Virus record (IMG/VR): IMGVR_UViG_3300005077_001133
Span: 1 to 49,030 of that record
Length of the DNA stretch: 49,030 nucleotides
From: a virus
Lineage: Duplodnaviria > Caudoviricetes
Direction: 5' to 3' (one strand)
Shown here: positions 25,480 to 36,706 of the stretch, one piece after another
Position numbering within the stretch: position 1 is the stretch's first letter
Layout: the number at the start of each line of letters is the position of its first letter
The notes under the pieces: model-generated
Database searches by the model: none
The model's input: the letters and a program-made list of their open reading frames with translations, nothing else
What the model was told of the DNA's origin: nothing
Position numbers and translations under genes: made by a program

Positions 25480-25872
25480 CTATTTCAAAAACAAAAAATT
25501 AATTTTATGTTTAATATTCCATTGCATTTTTTCTTCAAACGGTAGTACAAAAATCCGTACATTATAAGGTTCAATTGTTTCAACTGCAACATCTATTAAA
25601 CCCCAATTTTTTAAACAGAATGCTATTGCATTTCGACGAGTATAATCTTGTTCAGACATGTTATTATACCCATTAGAACGCATTAATACAAACAATTGTT
25701 TAAAATGTATTATATAATATTTATTATCTTTCTCGTATAAATAACAACTGGGAAATACAGTTTTTTCTTTCTTATTTGCTATGCCCATACGAGTAAGTGT
25801 TTCTTTAATTACTTTTAAATCAACTTGTGGTGTAATCTCAAGCATCTCAATAATTTTATTATTCATTTCCAT
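25480..25872 (-). CDS. regA: RegA translational repressor
   Basis: KVIKETLTRMGIAN, SC, YYIIHFK, RRNAIA..L..WGLI match T4 RegA hallmarks. Confidence 0.93.
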   Translation of the reverse strand: MEMNNKIIEMLEITPQVDLKVIKETLTRMGIANKKEKTVFPSCYLYEKDNKYYIIHFKQLFVLMRSNGYNNMSEQDYTRRNAIAFCLKNWGLIDVAVETIEPYNVRIFVLPFEEKMQWNIKHKINFLFLK

Positions 25873-25897
25873 ACAAACCTCCTTTTTATTTCACCAT

Positions 25898-25905
25898 TAT
25901 TTATA
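25898..25905 (-). promoter_or_regulatory. T4-type late promoter TATAAATA upstream of regA
   Basis: Exact motif in the short intergenic gap. Confidence 0.65.
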
Positions 25906-25911
25906 TTTGCA

Positions 25912-26454
25912 CTATAATTCCAGTGAAATGATTTCAAAAGTAGTTGATTCATATGAAAAATTTGACGTAAATACAATTTCTTCATCAGTACCCATATCAA
26001 ATGAAACCGAACTTACATTCAATGGCCAAACTTCTGTAAAATGTATCATAGCTACTGTAATTTTTTGATTGTTAAGAAAATGCAAAGTTAATCTATGACA
26101 AGAATTTTCTCGTAACACCTTTTCTGTCAATGCTTCATTTCCATGTACATTAACTAACTGTGGGTTGCGAAGTTTCATCATCCACTCAAGTAAGAAAAAA
26201 TAATTTAATCCATCTTCTGATAATTTAAAATCAATTTGAAACTGAGATAAATTATCATTTTGTCTTGAAATTGGATGTCGGATTTGCTCTCCCATAAATG
26301 GAGAAAAAGATTCTTCCATATTATAATCAGGAAGGATAAGTGATTTACAATATCCTTCCATATATCTCTGAATTAATTTGGTATCCTTCAACACAGGTAT
26401 ATTAGAAAACGTTACCTTCCAGGAACTTGAATGTGCTGTGTTAGGATATGCCAT
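25912..26454 (-). CDS. gp3: Tail terminator / sheath stabiliser (T4 gp3-like)
   Basis: N......W..TF, C.S..LP, F.LSED..NY..L.EWM, LH.LNN, F..VWP..VS.V.FD, F.Y pattern; tail context. Confidence 0.75.
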   Translation of the reverse strand: MAYPNTAHSSSWKVTFSNIPVLKDTKLIQRYMEGYCKSLILPDYNMEESFSPFMGEQIRHPISRQNDNLSQFQIDFKLSEDGLNYFFLLEWMMKLRNPQLVNVHGNEALTEKVLRENSCHRLTLHFLNNQKITVAMIHFTEVWPLNVSSVSFDMGTDEEIVFTSNFSYESTTFEIISLEL

Positions 26455-26502
26455 TATTTAACCTCCAACATTTTTCTTATCTTGAAACCCTTTTATTCTC
26501 TT

Positions 26503-26979
26503 TTACAATATAAGTTCGAAACCTTCTATTTCTTCAATTGTTAAATCATCAGGTAAATATTCATAAATTGGATTGATACAGAATTCAACTTCTTCCTCAA
26601 GAAATTTTTCTAATTCTTTTTCTTCTTTATTATAAGCTGCAATAACACTCTTGTATTTTTCAAATAAATCAGATAGTGCTTTTTTAGCTTCTTCTGTTAC
26701 ATCTGGACGAATTTTTATCATGCCATTAATAATAATTGGATTATTTTCTTCATCCTTTACTGCATATTTTGCTGTAAGTAATGAATATTCTTGCTGATAT
26801 TGAATATATTCCTCACATTTTATTTGTTGAGCTTCATGAATAGCAAATATTTCATCACGTATAGTTAATTTAATCTTTACAAGACCATAAATAAAAAGTT
26901 TATTATATTTACCTTTAAAATTTACTATATGATTCCACAATTGTACCAACTGTTTTCTTTTCATTTTAACGTTTTTCAT
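26503..26979 (-). CDS. Helical hypothetical protein, possible fibre assembly chaperone
   Basis: Directly downstream of the fibre gene; KYAVKDEENNP, FLEEEVE. Confidence 0.65.
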   Translation of the reverse strand: MKNVKMKRKQLVQLWNHIVNFKGKYNKLFIYGLVKIKLTIRDEIFAIHEAQQIKCEEYIQYQQEYSLLTAKYAVKDEENNPIIINGMIKIRPDVTEEAKKALSDLFEKYKSVIAAYNKEEKELEKFLEEEVEFCINPIYEYLPDDLTIEEIEGFELIL

Positions 26980-26994
26980 AGTTCATCCTTTCAA

Positions 26995-29900
26995 TTAAAG
27001 AGCACCGCCCACTAACCACGACCAACCTGACATTGTATTTACATTTTGTGTTGTCTCGCTTGTTATTCCCCAACCATTCTCATTTGTCCTTATTTCTTCA
27101 CCTTCTGAAGCAGTTGCACTATCATCAAAAAATCTCTCAATATCAAATCGTCGATCATTATTGTTATTAGTTCTACACACCCATTCTTCACGACCAAAAA
27201 TAGTACTCTTTTTCTGATTTTCAACAACATTATACCATGCAACAGGTGCTTTAAACGATATTGCTTCATCATCAGTACGTTCTGCTTTATAGAAAGGTGC
27301 AAAATAACTTGGAACAGCATCACCAATTGCTAATGTACCTGTATATCTTTCTCGTACAATGTTTATAGAATCTGGTATAATAGTTACTGTTTCATTATCA
27401 GGATCATACATTAATGAATTTGGCAATGATGTGCGCATATTTTCTTGATTAACATAATTTGAAATTGTGTTAATTGCAATGACACCTGGAGTATTAATTC
27501 CCCAATACTGCTCTTCTTCAAATACTTGATTTGTTCTATGTTTAAAACCTATATCCGCTCCATCAAATAAAAATATTGATTCGGAACCTAAATTTGCTCC
27601 ATTATAATTACCAATAACACCTTTAAACATATTTTCCCAAGCATTGGTGCCATAACGAAACGTTGGTGCTTTTACATTTTGTGGCCAAAATGTATTAAAT
27701 TCAGCCATAATTTGTTGTTCTAAAGTTGAACGATCACCAAGTGGTTTAGATCCAATTTCAATAACTCTTTTTAGTTGTATTAGTGCCTTAGTATTAATTT
27801 GCACACTAAATGTATTTGAAATAATGTTTGTTATTGTCCAATTTTCAAGATCACTTAAATTTATAATATCGCCGTCATACCACGTTGCATGAACTTTAAT
27901 AGGAACAACATCGTTTAATCCTAATGTTGTGCCAATATGTGGTACACGATGAATCAAAGAAGTGTTATCAATATCTTGTTGATCCCAATTTAAAGATCCA
28001 GGACCGTATGGTTTTCCTACAATCGTGTGATCAGATTCTGTTGTTGCAGAAAGTGAAGTAGAAGTGTGATTCGATACAACCAAATCAATTGTTTCATCAA
28101 TAGCTAAATTAGATGGTGATGATTCGTTATTACGAAAATTCAAAAATTCCAGTGACAAATTTTTCTCTACACCAAAAAAATTCGATAATGATTGTTGTGT
28201 TTTTGTATTGTCTGAATACTTTATTGAAATATAACATCCTGCCCCTTCTGCAGGCATCTTTAATACTAAACCTTTAAGTTGTAATTTCATCAATACTGTA
28301 TTAGCACCAATGTGAGCAATAGATACGTTAGCAATTTCTAATTTCTTATTTGTTGTTAAAGATGATGAATTGCCATTTACATCACTAACTTCTACGTTAG
28401 AAGAAGTAAAATCAATTTCTGAATCATCATAAGCACTTTTAATCCACTCTCCAAGAGAAAAACCATTAAAATATCGTGCCCACATGTTATTAAATTTAGC
28501 CTGTTTATCACCAAAATTAATGTCATCAACAGTGTATGTACCATCTTCTTCTAATGTGTGAGATGGCCATATTGAAGAATGTAGTTGAATAATTGGTGTT
28601 ACTTGATTTTGGTCTCCATATATATTTTTAACATAAAGATTATTCCACGCAACAATTGATGAACCAAGTGCATATTGTCCATTATCTAATGGTGCGACAT
28701 TACCCTTAACAAATACTGAATTTTCATCTGTTCCTTCAGTAACAAGATGAATTTTTTTACCTTGAATATTTATACCACCCAAACCCAAAATTGTGATTCT
28801 TGAGCTACGAAATCCAACATTTTCAGTCGGAATATTGTTTGTTGCAACTCCATTTAACACTTCCCATACAGCTTCATGAGTATCGCCACTTGTTTGAATT
28901 GTATCCAATGCATTGCTACCAGAAAAAATAAGTCCGGCAACAATCCACATATCAGAAGCATCATCAGTTGAACCACCATTTTTAGTAGTTATAATAAGTG
29001 GTTGATTTTTTCGAATAAGATCACCACCAGTAAAGTGACCAGCTGCATCTTTACTTGTATCAAAATCCGGTTCCTCTATTCTAACACCTAAACCACTCGT
29101 ACCTGTTCGTTGATTTTCTATAAATATACCATCAACACCACCAAGAAGAATTAAACTATCATCAATATCTATACTTGGTTTGTTACCATTTGAGCGAATT
29201 TTAACAAGACCACTTCCATATGTTGATGCATCAATAAATAAATCACCAGAAATCGTACACATCATAGTTACACGTTTACGAATAGTTTCTGAACCTGAAT
29301 TATTAATATACTGAAGAGCAATTTGTGGCATTTCACGTTCACGTGCTGATAAACTACCAACAATATTGTGTTGTGTTGATATTACCATTTTTCCAGCACA
29401 AAAATCTTCTGGACGATATGCATGTGAAATAAAAATATCGCCATTGAAATGTAGGCCATAACCTGATAATTCATTAACAGGATCACTTACTTCAACTGGC
29501 ATCCAGTAATCACCAGAGGTACCATAAAGCAAATTATTAAAATCAATAGCTGTTGGAGAAATATCAAGTTGAAAATCAACTACAACATCATCAACACCAC
29601 CTTCTCTAAAATTTGTTTTAATTTGTGTTGGAAATATAACCATTGCAAAAAGAGTAGGTTCTTGACTTTCACCACTAAGTTCGGTTCCATTTGAATCTAC
29701 TTGAACAGCATATAAAGCAATTTTATTAAATTTAAATTGTCCAACATCTTCGTTAATACGTGCTTGCCATGATCCACGACTACGACCATCAGAACCAAGA
29801 AATGCACCGTATGTTATGTTTGTAAAATATTTTGAGCGATCAGTTGTTGTTTGTGGATTATTTGTTGAATCATTGTTGGCAATTGTGACAGCATTATATA

Positions 29901-30330
29901 ATATCCATGCTGTAGATGATTGACCTGGAAGGTCTGCATTATCAGCAGAAACCCAATCCCACATCGGAACTCCATTACGAAGATTTACTGGCATTGAAAT
30001 ATTATGTTTTGGACTTGATATAGTAATGGTGCCAGTACCGCCAGCTCCTGCAGCAGATACAACCCAAAATTCATCAGCGTCTGTTAATGAATAAGCACCC
30101 ACCACGTCTTTCCACAAACGCTCTCCAGTTGGATATGTTGCATCAAAACCTTCTACTGAAGAAATTTCATTAACACTCCAACCTTCAATACCAGTAGGAT
30201 CAGGTATAATGTTTTCATCAATTCTGTAATCATAAACTGGTATAAACCGATTTATCTTTATAAAGTGGCCGTTTTCTGAAGCCTGTGCTGCAGTATTCAA
30301 CCCTGCTGATGTAACGATTGCATAATTCAT
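26995..30330 (-). CDS. Tail fibre-like protein, 1111 aa
   Basis: N-terminal IVTSAGL...FNKIALY...LFA baseplate-attachment-like domain (P2 gpH-like); P..NG.YALGS...WNNLY fibre repeat; position after the gp7-like gene. Confidence 0.75.
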   Translation of the reverse strand: MNYAIVTSAGLNTAAQASENGHFIKINRFIPVYDYRIDENIIPDPTGIEGWSVNEISSVEGFDATYPTGERLWKDVVGAYSLTDADEFWVVSAAGAGGTGTITISSPKHNISMPVNLRNGVPMWDWVSADNADLPGQSSTAWILYNAVTIANNDSTNNPQTTTDRSKYFTNITYGAFLGSDGRSRGSWQARINEDVGQFKFNKIALYAVQVDSNGTELSGESQEPTLFAMVIFPTQIKTNFREGGVDDVVVDFQLDISPTAIDFNNLLYGTSGDYWMPVEVSDPVNELSGYGLHFNGDIFISHAYRPEDFCAGKMVISTQHNIVGSLSAREREMPQIALQYINNSGSETIRKRVTMMCTISGDLFIDASTYGSGLVKIRSNGNKPSIDIDDSLILLGGVDGIFIENQRTGTSGLGVRIEEPDFDTSKDAAGHFTGGDLIRKNQPLIITTKNGGSTDDASDMWIVAGLIFSGSNALDTIQTSGDTHEAVWEVLNGVATNNIPTENVGFRSSRITILGLGGINIQGKKIHLVTEGTDENSVFVKGNVAPLDNGQYALGSSIVAWNNLYVKNIYGDQNQVTPIIQLHSSIWPSHTLEEDGTYTVDDINFGDKQAKFNNMWARYFNGFSLGEWIKSAYDDSEIDFTSSNVEVSDVNGNSSSLTTNKKLEIANVSIAHIGANTVLMKLQLKGLVLKMPAEGAGCYISIKYSDNTKTQQSLSNFFGVEKNLSLEFLNFRNNESSPSNLAIDETIDLVVSNHTSTSLSATTESDHTIVGKPYGPGSLNWDQQDIDNTSLIHRVPHIGTTLGLNDVVPIKVHATWYDGDIINLSDLENWTITNIISNTFSVQINTKALIQLKRVIEIGSKPLGDRSTLEQQIMAEFNTFWPQNVKAPTFRYGTNAWENMFKGVIGNYNGANLGSESIFLFDGADIGFKHRTNQVFEEEQYWGINTPGVIAINTISNYVNQENMRTSLPNSLMYDPDNETVTIIPDSINIVRERYTGTLAIGDAVPSYFAPFYKAERTDDEAISFKAPVAWYNVVENQKKSTIFGREEWVCRTNNNNDRRFDIERFFDDSATASEGEEIRTNENGWGITSETTQNVNTMSGWSWLVGGAL

Positions 30331-30380
30331 GTAGGTTCCTCAATTAAAGATTGTTAATAACTTAAAGGCATCTTTCTTAT

Positions 30381-30388
30381 TATTTATG
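30381..30388 (-). promoter_or_regulatory. Late-promoter-like CATAAATA upstream of the fibre gene
   Basis: One mismatch to TATAAATA, intergenic. Confidence 0.45.
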
Positions 30389-30413
30389 TATTTGCTTTTA
30401 AGTATCATTTATA

Positions 30414-32729
30414 TTATAGGTATGGATTAGTCCATCCATACCAATCAGCATTTCTTTCACCACTTGGAATTCGAATATATTTTCGAACTCTTGTAATGGC
30501 ACGTGCATATGCATGAACAACACCGTCAATATATGCTTGAACTCCTTCAAAAACTGTATTGATAGGTCGTATACTATCAATTGCACGAATAATTGTGTTT
30601 TGTTTTTCAATATTAAAAGAAAAATTTGTTGCACTTCGACGAACATCAAACCAAATTGCAAAGTGTGGTGTTGGATACCAACTATCAGGAATATTATCTA
30701 AATTTTCTCGCATAACTGGTGTATTAGTACCACTCGTAAAATATTCAGGTTGTGATAGTTGCCAATCAGCTTTATAGTCTCTTGTATAAAAATTAAGAAT
30801 ATCACCAACAAGTCCAAATGAAAACAACATCACCTTTATTGCATTATGAGTTGTTTTTATTTTATACCAATTCGGTAAATTTTGAACCATAAATCGCAAA
30901 TATCTATCAGCTTCAACTTCACTACACTCACCACTTGTTGTTTCACCAAGGTTACCTATTTCCTGACGATTAATTGTTACATCATAACCTAAATTTGACG
31001 CAAAAAATTGAATAAATTCAATGTCTATTAATTCAGGATCATGTGTTTCAGTTAAACGAAATATTTTTTCAAGAATTGAAATAGTTCTTGTTTGATCCCA
31101 AGCAGAACACATATTACAAGCATCTGTCGTTGTGCTAATTGTTGGTTCTATATATGTATATTCTTCAACACTAATATCAGCTGTAACAGCAGCACCACTT
31201 GTACCAGAAGCTTCTGTATATGCACTCGTATTTACAGTTACACCACAAACACCAGCATAAAGTGTATTAAGGAAATTTTCGAAAAATTGTGTGAATTGAA
31301 GTGTGTCATGCTCACGTACATAATCAGGTAAAAATGATGTTAAATCAATTTGTCTGCATTTTCCAAAACGTGCAACAGCTTGTCCACATAAATTAATATA
31401 ATCAGCAGAAACAACACATTCCGTTGTTGTTGCGGTAGTGAAAGTTGGCCAAACTTCTATAGTTGATGTGGCAACACCAGTACCACAAATGGCTCCATAA
31501 GCAGTTACCATTATTGTATACGTTGTAGGAACAGTTAAATTTGTCCACACATGTTGTTCATTATCTGTTCCACCGAATGTAAATTCACCATCTCCCCAAC
31601 TCCAATCAAACGATGTTGCTGATTCTTCGTTTGTTATCAATGCTTGTATAAGAACAGCTTGATCTTGTTGTACTAATGGTTCTGTTACAAATATAGAAAC
31701 TGTTGGTGCATGTGTACAAACAATTTCTTCTTCAGCTGTTGTAAAATCTAATACAGGGGTTGTTATTGCACCAAAAAAGTCATTATATTCACCAGCTGTC
31801 CAATTCTCAAAAACAAAACTACTATCATCTTTGATCAAAAAATGTGAAATGCCAGTCGGCGGATTATCATTGTAAGCAATAGTATTTATAGCACTAAGAT
31901 TTGCATAACCACCCCAAAGAATCGAATTGTTGTCCCAACTACCAACAGCATACCACGTTGACCGGTTTTTATATCCAGAATACCAAGTCGATTGATGTAA
32001 TAATTCTTCAACTGACAAATATGGTGAAAATGTTGCAGATGTTGTATAATTAAAGACAGCTTTTAAAATAATTTCTTGACCAGCTATTGCATTCGTAAAT
32101 CCTGTTAATGGTATAGTAGTCGTACTTGAGGCTGCTGAAACTGCGTAAAGTAAAATATCATTTACGCCAGTACGTGTTTCATGATCAATAGTTGACGCTA
32201 ATAATGTATCATTGTCATCATCAACACACAAATATAAATTTATATAAGAAGATCCAGTACCAAATGAAAATGTTAAAGCACTTAGATTTTGTTGTTGTGG
32301 TAAAATAAATGCACAATTACCCTGATGTGCAGATGTAATTGATACGAATGAATTACCACGAGCCAAAAGCTGTCCTGATGGTAAAACTGCAAAGGCTTTA
32401 TCAGGTTGAGTTGGATAATTTTGATCAATCTTACCAATATAAATAGGTGCTATATCTCCAGATACCTGAAAAATTTTACCACCATTTATATAAGAAGATG
32501 TGTATGGAGCACCTGCAGCCGATAATTCTTTATTTGCAAAATCTAAGTATTGACCACGATTATAAAAACCAGAATCAGCCCAATAAGTGCCATCTGGTGG
32601 TCTTCCACCATAAGCTTCAAATATAACACCAGCAGACAATGCGTACGCATACGTTTCTGCAGACGTTGGATCGACTCTAAATTGACATAATACTAAATCT
32701 GTTGCAGACGTAAAAGTTGTATAATTCAT
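30414..32729 (-). CDS. Baseplate wedge protein (gp7 / P2 gpI-like C-terminus) with long N-terminal extension including a PKD domain
   Basis: LPDY, DPELIDIEFIQFFA..LGY, LPNWYKIK.T..AI, RPINT; PKD motif FDWSWGDG...HVW. Confidence 0.75.
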   Translation of the reverse strand: MNYTTFTSATDLVLCQFRVDPTSAETYAYALSAGVIFEAYGGRPPDGTYWADSGFYNRGQYLDFANKELSAAGAPYTSSYINGGKIFQVSGDIAPIYIGKIDQNYPTQPDKAFAVLPSGQLLARGNSFVSITSAHQGNCAFILPQQQNLSALTFSFGTGSSYINLYLCVDDDNDTLLASTIDHETRTGVNDILLYAVSAASSTTTIPLTGFTNAIAGQEIILKAVFNYTTSATFSPYLSVEELLHQSTWYSGYKNRSTWYAVGSWDNNSILWGGYANLSAINTIAYNDNPPTGISHFLIKDDSSFVFENWTAGEYNDFFGAITTPVLDFTTAEEEIVCTHAPTVSIFVTEPLVQQDQAVLIQALITNEESATSFDWSWGDGEFTFGGTDNEQHVWTNLTVPTTYTIMVTAYGAICGTGVATSTIEVWPTFTTATTTECVVSADYINLCGQAVARFGKCRQIDLTSFLPDYVREHDTLQFTQFFENFLNTLYAGVCGVTVNTSAYTEASGTSGAAVTADISVEEYTYIEPTISTTTDACNMCSAWDQTRTISILEKIFRLTETHDPELIDIEFIQFFASNLGYDVTINRQEIGNLGETTSGECSEVEADRYLRFMVQNLPNWYKIKTTHNAIKVMLFSFGLVGDILNFYTRDYKADWQLSQPEYFTSGTNTPVMRENLDNIPDSWYPTPHFAIWFDVRRSATNFSFNIEKQNTIIRAIDSIRPINTVFEGVQAYIDGVVHAYARAITRVRKYIRIPSGERNADWYGWTNPYL

Positions 32730-32738
32730 TATCTCTCC

Positions 32739-35700
32739 TTACACTGGTGCAATTTGTACACACAAACGTACATCAAATGATCGTCCAGCTCCACCTTGAT
32801 AGACGTGTGAAATAGTACTTGATGGTTCACCACCACATTCAGAAACAACACCATCTTCAGGATTGCTATAATTAGCATAATCAAACCACCATTTATATTC
32901 TGTTATTCTATATCTATCAATATATGCAGGATGCCATTCAACAAATGCTTCAAAATCAACACAAAGAGGAGAAATTCCTTTTCGTGGAGTACCAACAAAC
33001 CAAATACGCAGACCGTTAAAAATATAAACTGATGGAGAAAATGCACGTATTAGTAAAAATGATGCTGTGCTCGGTACACTTGCAGATGATGATTGTTCAC
33101 CATAGACGGTTGGTGTATAAGCAGCAATCTCCATCATGTTTGGTAAAAATGTTGATGATACATCAATTGGACCAAAATAAAACGCACCAATATGACCAAT
33201 AGTTACTTCATTGGCAATTATAATACCTGAACAATTGATTGCTGCTGTTGTTTCAGATGTTGCATTATAAGGTAAACCTTCATCAGCACTGAAACCAATA
33301 AAACCAATACCGTTATCAGTATAAGTGTCCGTGTAAACCCAAAGATCACCTGAAAATGTTTGTGTGTTTGCAAACCACGTCCATTCTGTTTCTTGACATC
33401 TACGATATGCAGCTGAAATTTCACCATCTATTCTTTGAACTTTTAACCATATACAATTCCATGCTGATGCGGCTACACTTGTAGTTTCATCAGCATCCGA
33501 TTTTGTATCCCAGTGCAAAGTACCACCCATCCACCAATGTTCAACAATAAGTGTACCGGTATCTCCATATGCAGATGTAAAATAAAAATGATGTGAATCT
33601 CCACCTGCTGCAGCGTTCCACATAATTGTTGTTTCAAAATTAAAATCTCCACCTATATAGTCAGCAGATGCAATAATCCAATCCGGTGTTGAACCATTCA
33701 TAAATGTACCATAAGCACCACAGCACGCACTATATAACTGTCCTGAAGCATTTAAAACTCCCCCAAAAAGTGCTCCTGCAGAAAAATTTGGATCCCATGC
33801 TGGATCCATAGCTGTTGCTTGACCTTGAATTGTATTAAAATCTTCTTCAATATATGTTGCGTATGGTGCAACATCAGCCGACATACCTGTTATAATTAAT
33901 TGAACTGTAAAATTTCCAGCTGATGTAAACACATGCGTTATTGAAGCTGATGTTGTTGATGAAACATCTCCATCACCAAAATTCCACGTATACAACTTAT
34001 CAGTAAGAGTTGATCCTCTTTCAGTAGTAAAAATAACTGTAAGAGGAATGGTTCCAGCTGAAACGTCAGCTGAAAAACAAGATGATGTGGAAAGAAAATA
34101 AAAGGCTCCCACACCATTTCTTGTCAAACCTCCTATACCAGTAGGATAATCAGTGAAATCATCATAAGCCACAACAGTAATATTATAATCATAATATATA
34201 AAATCATTTTTATCAAAAGTACTAATATCAATAGTATCTGGAATTGTTGATAAAGCAGTAGATTCATACACATTACCACTCAATGTACAATCACCTAAAT
34301 TAACTTCAGTTAAATTTGTTTCTGTATTTTGAATAGTGATAGCTGATGTAGCGTAATTATCAAAATCATAACTTATTCCTGCCTTAAAAATACAGTTTTG
34401 AATTGTGATGGGAGCAGTACCCCACTGAAAAGTATTATTTACATCACCAGTATTTATAACAATATTGCAGCCGTAAAAAAATTTACGATTATTAGCTCCA
34501 TCTCCATAAAAAAGATGAGGATAATTCACATCAGACATTAACAAATAAATTTGTGAATTATAAAAGGTAACATCTTTAACAGCTGTTACTGGTAATATTG
34601 GTGTTCGCATTAATGCTGCACCAATGTCATTACCACTTAATGATATTAAAGCATCTCGAATAGTAATATTTGTGTATTTGGTATCATCATAAATAAAACT
34701 ATTAAAACTATCTACATCTGAATCAGCTGATGTGATACCAACTCTCCACAAACCATTAGCTGAAAGATTCCATGCTTCAAAAATATATTCACCAATATCT
34801 GTACCAGAATAAAGAAAGTTTGCAAACTCTTCAATCCAAACCGAACTATTTGCCGAAGTAAATAAACCACCAATAGCAGATGTTATATTAATTGATCCTT
34901 TAAATTTCCATGTTTCCCAACCATGATAAATTTGTGTTGCTAAAAAGAATTGAGCATAATTAAACGGATCATCTTCACTACCACGAGCTGATAAATTGAC
35001 TGTGTTTCCAGCAAGCGATGTGTTAAATACGTCTGGATTTGCTAAATCTAAATCAACATAATAAGGTCCACCAAAATAAAAAGCACCCACACCACGTCGT
35101 GGAGTGCCTTTAAATCCATATCCATATCTATAACTCCATGACGCACCATTGATGTAACCTGAAGTTGAAAATGCCGATGAAACATATGTTGTATACATAT
35201 TCCATAATGATATATTGCCACTCAAAGTATTATCTGTGCTAAAAGCAGTAAAATTTAATAATTCTCTAACAGCATCACCTGAAAGAGTTTGTAATTCGGT
35301 TGAAGATGGAAAAGATGCTCCAATAATAGCGTCATAAATATTATTTTCATTATCAATATCTGTAAAAGTATTTGGAGAATTAGCTGTTAATTCATCTATG
35401 TTAGAAATACCAACTATTGAACAACCACGTAATTGTAAGTGTGTGTCAGCCATGCTTGCTGAAATAGTTGTACCACTTGTCAACAAACAATTTTCAAATT
35501 CATATTGTCCTTTATAATTTATATCAATACCTTTAGCATTGATAGTACAACCACAAAAATCAAAGCCAGTTCCATTTACACCAACATTATATGTACCCTC
35601 AATTGTTAATATTTCATCACCTCGAATAATTAAACAATTGATAAGTGTTAATGTAGAATCAAACCCATCATCATTTTGACGAATAGCAGCAACATTTGTT

Positions 35701-36026
35701 ATCATATTTTGAATTTCAACATTACCAACAGCTGCAGAAGTAGAACTTGAAAAAATCATTTGGTAACTATCTGTAAAATCTAAAATAAAAGAATTACCAT
35801 CCCAACCATAAAAATCAATACTTACAGGAGTGACACTACCATCAGCACTAAAAATAAGGTTTTGAGAAACCTGTCTGTAGCCTTTCATGTAATAACTATC
35901 ATTACTTAGTGGTAAAACACCTGATAATGTGCGTGCAGAAAATTCATTCCAACCCCAATAATTTGTTGGTGAAGTGCCATCACCAACACCATTATCTTCT
36001 GTAATATTTACGTAATAATTAGCCAT
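32739..36026 (-). CDS. Large virion-surface-type protein: two beta-helix-like modules plus PKD domain(s)
   Basis: YYV[ND]..G.G[TS]..P starts, R.GVGAFYF ends, YTWNFGDG..HVF..AG.FTV.L PKD motif. Confidence 0.75.
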   Translation of the reverse strand: MANYYVNITEDNGVGDGTSPTNYWGWNEFSARTLSGVLPLSNDSYYMKGYRQVSQNLIFSADGSVTPVSIDFYGWDGNSFILDFTDSYQMIFSSSTSAAVGNVEIQNMITNVAAIRQNDDGFDSTLTLINCLIIRGDEILTIEGTYNVGVNGTGFDFCGCTINAKGIDINYKGQYEFENCLLTSGTTISASMADTHLQLRGCSIVGISNIDELTANSPNTFTDIDNENNIYDAIIGASFPSSTELQTLSGDAVRELLNFTAFSTDNTLSGNISLWNMYTTYVSSAFSTSGYINGASWSYRYGYGFKGTPRRGVGAFYFGGPYYVDLDLANPDVFNTSLAGNTVNLSARGSEDDPFNYAQFFLATQIYHGWETWKFKGSINITSAIGGLFTSANSSVWIEEFANFLYSGTDIGEYIFEAWNLSANGLWRVGITSADSDVDSFNSFIYDDTKYTNITIRDALISLSGNDIGAALMRTPILPVTAVKDVTFYNSQIYLLMSDVNYPHLFYGDGANNRKFFYGCNIVINTGDVNNTFQWGTAPITIQNCIFKAGISYDFDNYATSAITIQNTETNLTEVNLGDCTLSGNVYESTALSTIPDTIDISTFDKNDFIYYDYNITVVAYDDFTDYPTGIGGLTRNGVGAFYFLSTSSCFSADVSAGTIPLTVIFTTERGSTLTDKLYTWNFGDGDVSSTTSASITHVFTSAGNFTVQLIITGMSADVAPYATYIEEDFNTIQGQATAMDPAWDPNFSAGALFGGVLNASGQLYSACCGAYGTFMNGSTPDWIIASADYIGGDFNFETTIMWNAAAGGDSHHFYFTSAYGDTGTLIVEHWWMGGTLHWDTKSDADETTSVAASAWNCIWLKVQRIDGEISAAYRRCQETEWTWFANTQTFSGDLWVYTDTYTDNGIGFIGFSADEGLPYNATSETTAAINCSGIIIANEVTIGHIGAFYFGPIDVSSTFLPNMMEIAAYTPTVYGEQSSSASVPSTASFLLIRAFSPSVYIFNGLRIWFVGTPRKGISPLCVDFEAFVEWHPAYIDRYRITEYKWWFDYANYSNPEDGVVSECGGEPSSTISHVYQGGAGRSFDVRLCVQIAPV

Positions 36027-36039
36027 TTATTGTTTCCTC

Positions 36040-36693
36040 TTAATGTCGTTTTATCCACATTTCATTTTGTGTATCATCGCCGTGCATTAAATTATTATCT
36101 CCATCAATATCACCAATTTTACGAACCATAAGTTGGTAATTAAATGCAATAATTTCATATAATCCTCTATACATACTAAGAAATGCATCAATAGCAACAT
36201 GTGGATGAATGAAATTTATCCGTGGTTTTTTAAATTCTTTATGCATAATGTAAAACCATGGATCTTGTGCTTGCATTTCATAATCATCAAATAATAAAAA
36301 ACCATTATTATTAAGAATTCGCCAAGACAATACTAAATCTTCCAATACACCTTTGGCATTATGATCACCATCAATATATATGAAATCAAAAGTATGATAA
36401 TTAACAATATATCGGTTTAAAACATTAAATGATTTCCCCTCTTCAACATTGACCCATTGTCTTGAATTAGATAAATTATGAATTAAATTGAGCTTAATAT
36501 CAGGTTCAACAATAGTCAAAGAGCCGCTGAGAGGTTGAACAATATTTTCAATTAACCACAATGAAGTACGACCCTCCAAACCACCAATTTCTAAACAACG
36601 AGGATTTTTAACATCTTGCATACATAATTTCAACATGTTAAAATTTTTTTCATGGTCTTCGTTCCAAAAACTGGGAAAATCAAATTTTTTCAT
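36040..36693 (-). CDS. Class I SAM-dependent methyltransferase (Methyltransf_24-like); start reassigned to ATG 36693
   Basis: LEIG..EG.TS, FDFIYIDGDH, L...GFLLFDDY; AAGGA RBS. Confidence 0.88.
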   Translation of the reverse strand: MKKFDFPSFWNEDHEKNFNMLKLCMQDVKNPRCLEIGGLEGRTSLWLIENIVQPLSGSLTIVEPDIKLNLIHNLSNSRQWVNVEEGKSFNVLNRYIVNYHTFDFIYIDGDHNAKGVLEDLVLSWRILNNNGFLLFDDYEMQAQDPWFYIMHKEFKKPRINFIHPHVAIDAFLSMYRGLYEIIAFNYQLMVRKIGDIDGDNNLMHGDDTQNEMWIKRH

Positions 36694-36706
36694 AAATAAT
36701 TTCCTT

